This document shows, piece after piece, positions 1 to 6,134 of a stretch of 7,989 bases of DNA (position 1 is its first letter; each line of letters starts with the position of its first letter). A model generated the notes under the pieces. That model saw only the letters and a list, made by a program, of their open reading frames with translations, was not told the DNA's origin and made no database searches. The position numbers and the translations under genes were made by a program. Source of the DNA: a virus (lineage: Duplodnaviria; Heunggongvirae; Uroviricota; Caudoviricetes); IMG/VR virus record IMGVR_UViG_2630968500_000011, positions 1 through 7,989 of that record. One strand, given 5' to 3'.

Positions 1-26
1 GGTGAAGTCGTTTGGTCATACGACAT
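1..26 (-). CDS. 5' end (8 codons, MSYDQTTS...) of a minus-strand gene that runs off the window start; product unknown
   Basis: ATG at 26..24 on the minus strand, preceded by AGGAG (complement of 32-36) with a 5-nt spacer. Frame is open to position 1. Too short to classify. Confidence 0.25.
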
Positions 27-166
27 AGCCGCTCCTGTAGATCAGAGCGGCGATAGCTGGACCAATGGGAAACATCAGATTATGGCTGGAGTTGTATTCT
101 CTTTACGCCGTGCTTTGGAACAGGCTGAAGTCTTTCCATCAGACCCTGAATGGAAATGGCCTTTTT

Positions 167-412
167 CTATTTGTCCAAATTCGGAGAGTACATTTCAGAA
201 AGTTGGTCAGAAAGTCGCACTCGAAGAGCATCAGCCAACTGTTTTCTGATTTTTTCAGGTAACTCGTCGGCATCGCAGAAACAACAACGCTCGATCATGT
301 TGAAAGCCGATTCGTAGAACTGTTTCTGCTGAGTGTCGCTGAGACAGGAAAAGAGCGACGTTACGATGATTTTATTAATTGCATTATCAAGTTCTTTTTC
401 ATCAAAAGTCAT
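167..412 (-). CDS. hypothetical small protein (81 aa), acidic, with a CCFC motif
   Basis: ORF 167..412 on minus strand. ATG at 412..410 is preceded by AAGGA about 7 nt upstream (complement of ~420-424). Composition looks like a soluble protein. Overlapping plus ORF 65..262 lacks an RBS. No family recognised. Confidence 0.55.
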   Translation of the reverse strand: MTFDEKELDNAINKIIVTSLFSCLSDTQQKQFYESAFNMIERCCFCDADELPEKIRKQLADALRVRLSDQLSEMYSPNLDK

Positions 413-665
413 TTGATTTTCCTTTTATGTATACGGACTTAAAAGGATACCACCGAGCCTGAAGTGGTGAAAAGACAGGCACATAACAGCTAAGTATTTT
501 CAACCAGAGAGAATCCTTAGCGTTGTGGTGAATGCGGCTCAGCGCACGCGGGTTAAGGTTGAGGCTGACAGTCGACCTTCTGTGGATACCCACCCGCCTG
601 GTGTGCAACCTTCGCCAGGCACCGGGAGGCACCCGGCACCACAACTTTATGCTGTGTGTAGTCTT

Positions 666-713
666 GGCGGTACCAGCTTGTACCCTTGCTTCCGGCTGGT
701 ACCGTCCTTTTTA
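666..713 (+). terminator. candidate intrinsic terminator / leader hairpin upstream of the operon
   Basis: 12-bp stem 666-677 / 695-706 (one G-U pair), 17-nt loop, followed by CTTTTTA (T-run 708-712). Loop is longer than in typical terminators. Confidence 0.4.
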
Positions 714-801
714 CAAAACAGAGAAGAGCATCACCGGACGACGGGCTCATAACCCAATCCATCCGGGCGGCAGTCACCGCAGGTGTTCTTCTCTGTTTTG
801 T
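713..801 (+). promoter_or_regulatory. leader structure: 15-bp perfect inverted repeat (713-727 ACAAAACAGAGAAGA / 787-801 TCTTCTCTGTTTTGT) enclosing 59 nt, ending 24 nt before the RBS of the first operon gene
   Basis: Arms are exact reverse complements, extendable to about 20 bp with wobble pairs (to 732 / 782). Enclosed segment is GC-rich with internal CCGGA/TCCGG pairing. Function as RNA stem or DNA operator pair is inferred. Confidence 0.45.
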
Positions 802-835
802 GGAGAAACTAATATCTTGTGCAGAGGAAAATAGA

Positions 836-1753
836 ATGAAATTACCAAAATTTCGTAACGCAATTGTGTACCGAGCAACATTACCTAGTATACAGGCTAT
901 TGAAGGGCATCTTCTCGAACTCCCTTATTCTGAAATCGGGGAAACAGAATTTTCACGGTCCTCTTTTGTAGAGAATCCTGTCACTGGTGAACTGGTAACT
1001 CCGATATCTGGTGGGTACGCAATGGTAATCCGTCATGATCAGAAAATAATTCCCCGACATGTCGTCATGAAAGAAGCTAATTCTCGAATCCAAACAATCG
1101 AAAATATGTCCGGGAATAAATTAAAGCGTGCCGAACGACTGGCCATTATTGATAACGTACGAGTAGATCTATGCAAACAGGCATTTGTTAAGTCTACGCT
1201 GATTCTTGCATTGTACAGCACTGATGAGAAATTATTGGTAATCAACACAACCAATAAAATAATAGCCGGTATGGTATGCGCAATGCTGATTAAGGTTGTC
1301 GGTTCAGTGAAAACAGAAACAATCAACATCAGTGATATCAAGAATGGACTGACTACACGCCTGAAGAACTACATCAATGGTGCAGCCAATGCATTTGAAG
1401 GATTCACTGTCGGGAATTATATTCAGCTATCACGCTACGCAGATCAAAAGGAAATTATTCGCTACTCAGCTGAGCATGAGTCAATTCAAAGCGAACTGGC
1501 CGATAGCCTTAGTAGTAGTTTCACTGCTGATAAAATGGAGTTATCCGGTTGCGGTGTGACCTTCATTCTTACCGAAAATTTCCATTTTTCGCGCATCAAT
1601 ACTCAATCTCAGACATTTAATGATGAAGATGATAAAGCATTCCAGTGGCGTCATCAGACTGGCACTGACCTTTTCCAATTCAGCAAGGTAGTTAATTTGA
1701 TGTGTGACCTTCTTTCTTACAAAGAAGATAAAAGCCAAAATCCAACAACTTAA
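836..1753 (+). CDS. RdgC-like recombination-associated protein (305 aa)
   Basis: ATG at 836 with GAGGAAA RBS at 825-831; the track ORF 686..1753 begins upstream without an RBS. N-terminus KFRNAIVYR and the segment AMVIRHDQKIIPRHVVMK resemble the RdgC family (FKNLMVYR and ICARKEEKILPSPVIKQ in E. coli RdgC, recalled from memory). Length matches the family (~303 aa). Confidence 0.75.
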   Translation: MKLPKFRNAIVYRATLPSIQAIEGHLLELPYSEIGETEFSRSSFVENPVTGELVTPISGGYAMVIRHDQKIIPRHVVMKEANSRIQTIENMSGNKLKRAERLAIIDNVRVDLCKQAFVKSTLILALYSTDEKLLVINTTNKIIAGMVCAMLIKVVGSVKTETINISDIKNGLTTRLKNYINGAANAFEGFTVGNYIQLSRYADQKEIIRYSAEHESIQSELADSLSSSFTADKMELSGCGVTFILTENFHFSRINTQSQTFNDEDDKAFQWRHQTGTDLFQFSKVVNLMCDLLSYKEDKSQNPTT

Positions 1754-1757
1754 AAAA

Positions 1758-1801
1758 ATTGCAGCAATCATCCCATGTCAAATGGGCTGGATTGCTGCAA
1801 T
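1758..1801. repeat. 11-bp perfect inverted repeat (ATTGCAGCAAT ... ATTGCTGCAAT) with nested 5-bp inner hairpin (CCCAT/ATGGG), intergenic
   Basis: Arms at 1758-1768 and 1791-1801. Preceded by an A7 run on the plus strand, so on the minus strand the hairpin is followed by a T7 run and looks like an intrinsic terminator facing antisense transcription. Could also be a protein-binding palindrome. Confidence 0.5.
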
Positions 1802-1842
1802 CAAAATTCAGCGCGGTGCAGCGCATATACGTGGAGAACAAA

Positions 1843-2379
1843 ATGTCATTTATTAAAACTTTTTCCGGGAAGCATTTTTATTATGACAGGATAAATAAAG
1901 ACAACATCGATATTAACGATATCGCGGTTTCCCTTTCAAATATCTGTCGCTTTGCCGGCCATCTTTCACACTTCTACAGCGTCGCCCAACATGCGGTGCT
2001 TTGCAGCCAGCTGGTACCGCAGGAATTTGCTTTTGAAGCGTTAATGCATGATGCAACAGAAGCGTATTGCCAGGACATTCCCTCACCACTGAAACGCCTT
2101 CTTCCTGACTATAAACGGATGGAAGAAAAAATAGACGCCGTAATCCGTGAGAAATACGGGTTACCCCCGGTTATGAGTACGCCCGTGAAATATGCCGATC
2201 TCATCATGCTGGCAACCGAACGCCGCGATCTCGGGCTTGATGATGGCTCTTTCTGGCCTGTACTGGAAGGTATCCCGGCAACAGAGATGTTCAAAGTTAT
2301 TCCACTGTCGCCAGGCCATGCCTATGGGATGTTTATGGAACGTTTTAACGAGTTATCGGAGTTACGCAAATGCGCATGA
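1843..2379 (+). CDS. yfdR: HD-domain 5'-deoxynucleotidase, YfdR/YfbR family (178 aa)
   Basis: ATG at 1843 with GGAGAA RBS at 1833-1838; the track start at 1759 would cover the palindrome and has no RBS. HD-superfamily motifs present: H in VAQHAVL, HD in LMHDATEAY, downstream Asp residues. Length and MSFIKTFSGKHFYYD N-terminus match my recollection of E. coli CPS-53 YfdR. Confidence 0.8.
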   Translation: MSFIKTFSGKHFYYDRINKDNIDINDIAVSLSNICRFAGHLSHFYSVAQHAVLCSQLVPQEFAFEALMHDATEAYCQDIPSPLKRLLPDYKRMEEKIDAVIREKYGLPPVMSTPVKYADLIMLATERRDLGLDDGSFWPVLEGIPATEMFKVIPLSPGHAYGMFMERFNELSELRKCA

Positions 2380-3017
2380 ATGTTTTCGAAATGGAAGGGT
2401 TTCTTCGCGGGAAATGTGTACCGCGAGATCTGAAAGTGAACGAAACAAACGCTGAATATCTGGTGCGTAAATTTGCTGAAGCGGAGGCCAAGATTTCGGC
2501 TCTGTCCGAAGACCACCAGAAAGCGATTGAGTCAATTAAGCAGGCTGATTCGGCTGTTAAGTTGGCACACGAGAAGTTTTCAGCGCTGGCGGCGGAGAAT
2601 GCGGGGCTGAAGTCATTTGGCGACAAGCTTAATGAGATGCATAACGACTTAAACGGCGAAGGCACGGGCATTCAGGGGCGCGCAGAGGTAGCGTGCCAGC
2701 AGGTGGCTCTTGAAGCGGCAATGGAAGAATTTGACGCTATCAAAACTCCAGCCACCGACGCCTTCCTGGATGAAGTGCGGGCGGATGCTCGCAACGAGGG
2801 GATTAACTATACCGCCAGCCGCCTCGCTGCCGCATTCAATCATGGTTTCGTTGATAAGCCGCTGGCTGAAGTCTGCGACGTGGTGCGCATGATTCTGGAC
2901 ACCAAAGAAGAACTGGCAAACTCCACGCTCCCATCGGCTGATGGGATTTCTGGCGAGTACGCAGAGAAGTTTCTCGCAGAGTTCGCCGCCCAACTTCGCC
3001 AGGAGCCAGCCCAATGA
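2370..3017 (+). CDS. hypothetical phage protein, Ala/Glu-rich and probably helical (215 aa)
   Basis: ATG at 2370 with GGAG at 2358-2361 (8-nt spacer); an alternative ATG at 2376 forms an ATGA overlap with the yfdR stop (2377-2379). Stop overlaps the next start (ATGA at 3014-3017). No family recognised. Confidence 0.65.
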   Translation: MRMNVFEMEGFLRGKCVPRDLKVNETNAEYLVRKFAEAEAKISALSEDHQKAIESIKQADSAVKLAHEKFSALAAENAGLKSFGDKLNEMHNDLNGEGTGIQGRAEVACQQVALEAAMEEFDAIKTPATDAFLDEVRADARNEGINYTASRLAAAFNHGFVDKPLAEVCDVVRMILDTKEELANSTLPSADGISGEYAEKFLAEFAAQLRQEPAQ

Positions 3018-3547
3018 GTATCGACAAACAGGCGCTGCGTGAAATCGCAGCGGCAGCAGTTGGCGCACATGAGCGCCTTAGTGTTATGCCGCCTGATGAC
3101 ATTTTCGATATCTCACTGGCAGAAGGAACTCAGCTTGATGCAGATATCACTGCCTTGAACGCGCTGAACTCCGCAGCAAACCCCACTACCGTGCTGGCGA
3201 TGCTGGATGAGTTGGAAGCCGCAAAAAAGCGCATAGCAGAACTGGAGGGGGGCGCATTCAATCCCGCAATTCTTGATGTGGTAGCAGAACGCCAGCGGCA
3301 ACAGTCGGTTGAAGGATGGACTCCTGAACATGACAACGCATATCAAAATAGCGAATTAGCAGATGCAGCGGCTTGTTACGCAATTCATGCGCACAACCAA
3401 GGTTTCTCCACTCCAGCACATTGGCCGTGGTCTCCTGACTGGTGGAAGCAATCAGGAGCACGCCGCGACTTAGTAAAAGCTGGCGCTCTTATTCTGGCAG
3501 AAATTGAACGTATTGACCGCGCCGCTGGCATTGGTAAGGGGGAGTGA
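3014..3547 (+). CDS. Ea22-like (ead) phage protein with a DUF550-like C-terminal region (177 aa)
   Basis: N-terminus MSIDKQALREIAAAA and the segment NPTTVLAMLDELEAAKKRIAELE resemble ead/Ea22-like proteins of lambdoid phages. C-terminal WTPEHDN...HWPWSPDWWKQSGARRDLVKAGALILAEIERIDRA resembles DUF550. Both recalled from memory. ATGA overlap with the upstream gene. Confidence 0.7.
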   Translation: MSIDKQALREIAAAAVGAHERLSVMPPDDIFDISLAEGTQLDADITALNALNSAANPTTVLAMLDELEAAKKRIAELEGGAFNPAILDVVAERQRQQSVEGWTPEHDNAYQNSELADAAACYAIHAHNQGFSTPAHWPWSPDWWKQSGARRDLVKAGALILAEIERIDRAAGIGKGE

Positions 3548-3978
3548 TGCTTCAACATCAAATGCAGCCAACATTTAACACCTGCATGGCTACCTGCGTT
3601 GCAATGGTTGCCGGTCAACCTGTCGATGAGGTAGTGGAACGCTGGCATCAGAAATTCCACGACAAAACAGACTGGCTCGACGACGCGCTGGATTATTACA
3701 AAATCCCGTATTTTTACGGAAGCCAGCGCAAGGCCGAATTGCTTTACGGGTTTATTTACTTCCTGACCGTTCCGTCACTGAACATCAAAGGCGGCCTGCA
3801 TCAGATTCTGATGTCGTTAACGGCAGAACGCGGCATAGAAGTATTTGACCCGGCAATGGGTCGGCCAGGATCAAAATATTACGTTTGGGGTGAAGCGCAG
3901 AACGATGATCAATTCGGCGTTATCTCCTGGTGCGTCGATTTATCGGTTCCGGTAGTGCAACAGAAAGGTGAGGACTAA
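3547..3978 (+). CDS. putative papain-fold cysteine peptidase, C39-like (143 aa)
   Basis: ATG at 3547 overlaps the upstream stop (TGATG at 3545-3549); the track start at 3544 is GTG. Motif order Q(7)...C(13) in QPTFNTCMATCVAMVAG, then His in GGLHQILMSL, then FDPAMG, matches the C39 peptidase Gln/Cys...His...Asp-Pro arrangement. Functional call is an inference. Confidence 0.5.
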   Translation: MLQHQMQPTFNTCMATCVAMVAGQPVDEVVERWHQKFHDKTDWLDDALDYYKIPYFYGSQRKAELLYGFIYFLTVPSLNIKGGLHQILMSLTAERGIEVFDPAMGRPGSKYYVWGEAQNDDQFGVISWCVDLSVPVVQQKGED

Positions 3979-3981
3979 CCC

Positions 3982-4827
3982 ATGAGCACTATTACCAAAG
4001 AACTGGCAAAGCTGTTCAGAAAAATTACGAATTCTGAAATTGATGCGGAGGGAAACGCTCATGTTGTTTTATCTCCTGCTGATAGCCTCCTGATTAATAA
4101 TGCGCGTATCGCGCTGGCATCGCTCGAAGCGGAGCCTGTGGCGTGGGCGCACAGATTAATCAACAAGCGTAACGGAGTCGTTCACCCTTGGGTTTACGGT
4201 AGCGCAGAGGCGTGTCCAAGCGAGGGGGATATCTTCAATATTGAGGTAATGCCGCTCTACACCGTCCCTCCAGCGCCGGTATCTGTGCCCGCTGCGATGG
4301 AAATGGATGATGACTTTGACAGCGCGTTTGAACACGGAAAAGCTGTCGGCTGGAACGCCTATCGCGCCGCCATGCTTCAGGCCGAACCTGTAAGTAATAG
4401 TGATGAGTTACCGCTGGACTATCTGCAAGGACACAAAGACGGCCTGGAGTGGGCTGCACAATTGGCAGAAGCCAATCATCCGCAAACAGGTGACTGGTTG
4501 TACGATGACCCAATCGATCTTGCCAGGGCGATTCGCAAAGGTCCGGATATGCCTACTGTTCAGGGTGGCAATTCTCCGGTAACTCCGGATGCTTGGATAA
4601 GCTGTAGTGAGCGAATGCCAGAAATGGGAGAGCGACAATGCTATGTGTTAGCAGCTGACTTTAAAAACAACTACCCACCAAACATCCCCAACACTCAGGT
4701 CGGCGTATATGGCGACTGGTTTAATGATGGCAATCCCACTTGGGATGACGGTGATGGCGAAGACCTGTATCTCAAAGAGGTAACCCACTGGATGCCTCTA
4801 CCAGAACCGCCGCAGGAGGTAAAGTGA
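3982..4827 (+). CDS. DUF551-domain phage protein (281 aa)
   Basis: ATG at 3982 with AGGTGAGGA RBS at 3966-3974. C-terminal WISCSERMPE...CYVLAA...VTHWMPLPEPP is the characteristic DUF551 signature. N-terminal two thirds have no recognised family. Confidence 0.75.
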   Translation: MSTITKELAKLFRKITNSEIDAEGNAHVVLSPADSLLINNARIALASLEAEPVAWAHRLINKRNGVVHPWVYGSAEACPSEGDIFNIEVMPLYTVPPAPVSVPAAMEMDDDFDSAFEHGKAVGWNAYRAAMLQAEPVSNSDELPLDYLQGHKDGLEWAAQLAEANHPQTGDWLYDDPIDLARAIRKGPDMPTVQGGNSPVTPDAWISCSERMPEMGERQCYVLAADFKNNYPPNIPNTQVGVYGDWFNDGNPTWDDGDGEDLYLKEVTHWMPLPEPPQEVK

Positions 4828-5399
4828 TGAACAACTTAATGATCGACCTTGAGACGATGGGGAAAAATAAGGATGCGCCGATCGTTTCTATTGGCGCAGT
4901 GTTCTTCACCCCAGAAACCGGAGACATCGGACAAGAATTCTATGCGGCTGTCAGCTTGGACAGTGCTATGGAGCAAGGGGCCACACCTGACGGCGACACC
5001 ATCCTGTGGTGGTTGAAACAAAGCCCTGAAGCACGAGCTGCAATCTGTATTGATGATACTTTGTCGATCAGCGATGCACTCTCTGAACTGAGCCATTTCA
5101 TTAATCGGCACGCAGACAATACGAAATATTTAAAAGTCTGGGGTAACGGAGCCAACTTCGACAACGTAATTTTACGCGGAGCTTATGAGCGAGCAGGACA
5201 AATCTGCCCATGGGCGTACTGGAATGATCACGATGCGCGCACGATCGTTACGCTTGGGCGTTCCATCGGATTCGACCCAAAAATGGACATGCCTTTCGAT
5301 GGCGAACGGCACAACGCCCTGGCTGATGCTCGTCATCAGGCAAAATATGTTTCCGCTATCTGGCAGAAATTAATTCCTGCCACCAGCACAGAATTATGA
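4827..5399 (+). CDS. DEDDh-family 3'-5' exonuclease, Rv2179c-like phage exonuclease (190 aa)
   Basis: ATG at 4827 overlaps the upstream stop (TGATG), with AGGAGG RBS at 4814-4819; track start 4824 is GTG. Exo motifs: MIDLETMG (D, E), WGNGANFD (D), HNALADARH (H...D). TILWWLKQ matches the phage Rv2179c-like subfamily. Confidence 0.8.
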   Translation: MNNLMIDLETMGKNKDAPIVSIGAVFFTPETGDIGQEFYAAVSLDSAMEQGATPDGDTILWWLKQSPEARAAICIDDTLSISDALSELSHFINRHADNTKYLKVWGNGANFDNVILRGAYERAGQICPWAYWNDHDARTIVTLGRSIGFDPKMDMPFDGERHNALADARHQAKYVSAIWQKLIPATSTEL

Positions 5400-5435
5400 T
5401 TTTCCCGGGTGCAGCCGGTTTTGATGGAGAAAATT

Positions 5436-5717
5436 ATGAACACCTTGTTTTTACTGATGGCTGAATTCAATACCCCTAACATTGAACTCTCAGCAGTTAG
5501 CCAAAAGTACTTTGGCATGAGTCCAGCCACGGCAGAAGCAAAAGCAAACGCTTGTAAGTTGCCCGTTCCAACATATCGCATCGGCACATCACAAAAAGCA
5601 AAACGTTGCATCAATATTCAGGATCTTGCGGAATACATAGACAAAAGACGAGAAGAAGGACGTATCGAGTGGGAACAGGTCAGAACAAGCAAACAGAAGG
5701 GCAAAGAACATCACTAA
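5436..5717 (+). CDS. PrtN-family (pyocin-activator-like) DNA-binding protein; probable excisionase/recombination directionality factor or regulator (93 aa)
   Basis: ATG at 5436 with GGAGA at 5426-5430 (5-nt spacer); alternative starts at ATG 5424 and GTG 5409. MNTLFLLMAEF...YFGMSPATAEAKANACKLPVPTYRIG...IQDLAEYIDKRR resembles the PrtN family. Terminal position before a terminator fits an Xis-like role (inference). Confidence 0.7.
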   Translation: MNTLFLLMAEFNTPNIELSAVSQKYFGMSPATAEAKANACKLPVPTYRIGTSQKAKRCINIQDLAEYIDKRREEGRIEWEQVRTSKQKGKEHH

Positions 5718-5720
5718 AGA

Positions 5721-5748
5721 AAAAACCCGCCTAAAGGCGGGTTTTCAA
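5721..5748. terminator. bidirectional rho-independent terminator shared by convergent genes
   Basis: AAAAAACCCGCC-TAAA-GGCGGGTTTTC: GC-rich stem (5725-5731 / 5736-5742), 4-nt loop, T-run on the plus strand and T6 on the minus strand. Lies 4 nt after the plus-strand stop (5715-5717) and 17 nt after the minus-strand stop (5765-5767). Confidence 0.8.
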
Positions 5749-5764
5749 AAAGCACCAGCTATGA

Positions 5765-5938
5765 TCATGCTGCTTTGCGACGACGAAGCTTACCCTGCTG
5801 CTCTTTACCAGAGACAGTAGCGTGAGTGAACGCATTAGGAGCAGCCTTCATCAGAACTTCAACAGCAGCACCCATACCTGCGAATGCTTTCATTGTGTCG
5901 AACTTAACCTGTGGCTTGGTTGCTTTTTGATCTTTCAT
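5765..5938 (-). CDS. small basic protein, 57 aa (MKDQKATKPQVKFDTMKAFAGMGAAVEVLMKAAPNAFTHATVSGKEQQGKLRRRKAA); function unknown
   Basis: Not in the ORF track. Hand translation of the minus strand: ATG at 5938..5936 preceded by GGGAG (complement of 5945-5949) with a 6-nt spacer, stop at 5767..5765, then the strong terminator. No family recognised. Confidence 0.6.
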   Translation of the reverse strand: MKDQKATKPQVKFDTMKAFAGMGAAVEVLMKAAPNAFTHATVSGKEQQGKLRRRKAA

Positions 5939-6008
5939 AGAAAACTCCCGAGACAGTAAAGGCGTCTCTAACCCTCTCTTTAAAGCTAGCTTGTTTCGCT
6001 AACTTATG

Positions 6009-6029
6009 CCAATCGATCATGTCGATTGG
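6009..6029. repeat. 21-bp palindrome CCAATCGA-tcatg-TCGATTGG, candidate operator
   Basis: Perfect 8-bp arms with a 5-nt spacer, about 70-90 bp upstream of the small-ORF start. No adjacent T-run, so not a terminator. Confidence 0.4.
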
Positions 6030-6104
6030 TGACATCGTTTCTTAGTAGTTTAAGCACAAAACGACTGCCATAGATGTACCTTTAAGGTAATCTGGACGGG
6101 TATC

Positions 6105-6117
6105 CTACAATTTGTAG
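6105..6117. repeat. 13-bp palindrome CTACAA-t-TTGTAG
   Basis: 6-bp perfect arms around a single central base, 18 bp downstream of the stop of the minus-strand 177-aa gene. Could be a binding site or a weak hairpin. Confidence 0.3.
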
Positions 6118-6134
6118 ACCCTTCTCGTCTATAC

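Noticed and set aside
65-262. Plus-strand ORF of 65 aa
   Set aside because: No RBS, hydrophobic low-complexity translation, and it overlaps the better-supported minus-strand gene 167..412.
300-360. boxA-like CGCTCTTTT on the minus strand as a nut-type antitermination site
   Set aside because: It lies inside the coding sequence of the 81-aa minus-strand gene with no adjacent boxB hairpin. Likely coincidental.
402-834. Four overlapping track ORFs in the leader (402..644 -, 525..752 +, 532..834 +, 553..777 -)
   Set aside because: Arg/Pro/Cys-rich translations typical of GC-rich non-coding DNA, no RBS, and mutually overlapping in several frames. Treated as structured non-coding leader.
686-835. 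Upstream extension of the rdgC-like ORF to the track start at 686
   Set aside because: It would read through the terminator-like hairpin and inverted repeat. ATG 836 has a proper RBS and gives the family-typical N-terminus and length.
1759-1842. Upstream extension of yfdR to the track start at 1759
   Set aside because: It would translate through the 11-bp inverted repeat. ATG 1843 has a GGAG RBS and gives the expected 178 aa.
5380-5387. Chi site (GCTGGTGG) on the minus strand
   Set aside because: A single 8-mer occurrence is within chance expectation.
3544-5409. GTG starts used by the ORF track at 3544, 4824 and 5409
   Set aside because: In each case an ATG one to nine codons downstream has better RBS spacing and/or forms a stop/start overlap, so the ATG was preferred.
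2109-5614. Antisense track ORFs inside the operon (e.g. 2345..2671, 2649..3068, 2836..3102, 3113..3346, 3385..3660, 4235..4513, 4408..4638, 4836..5111, 4940..5164, 5336..5614 on minus)
   Set aside because: Each lies wholly within a well-supported plus-strand gene, lacks an RBS, and has Arg/Ser/Cys-rich composition typical of antisense frames.
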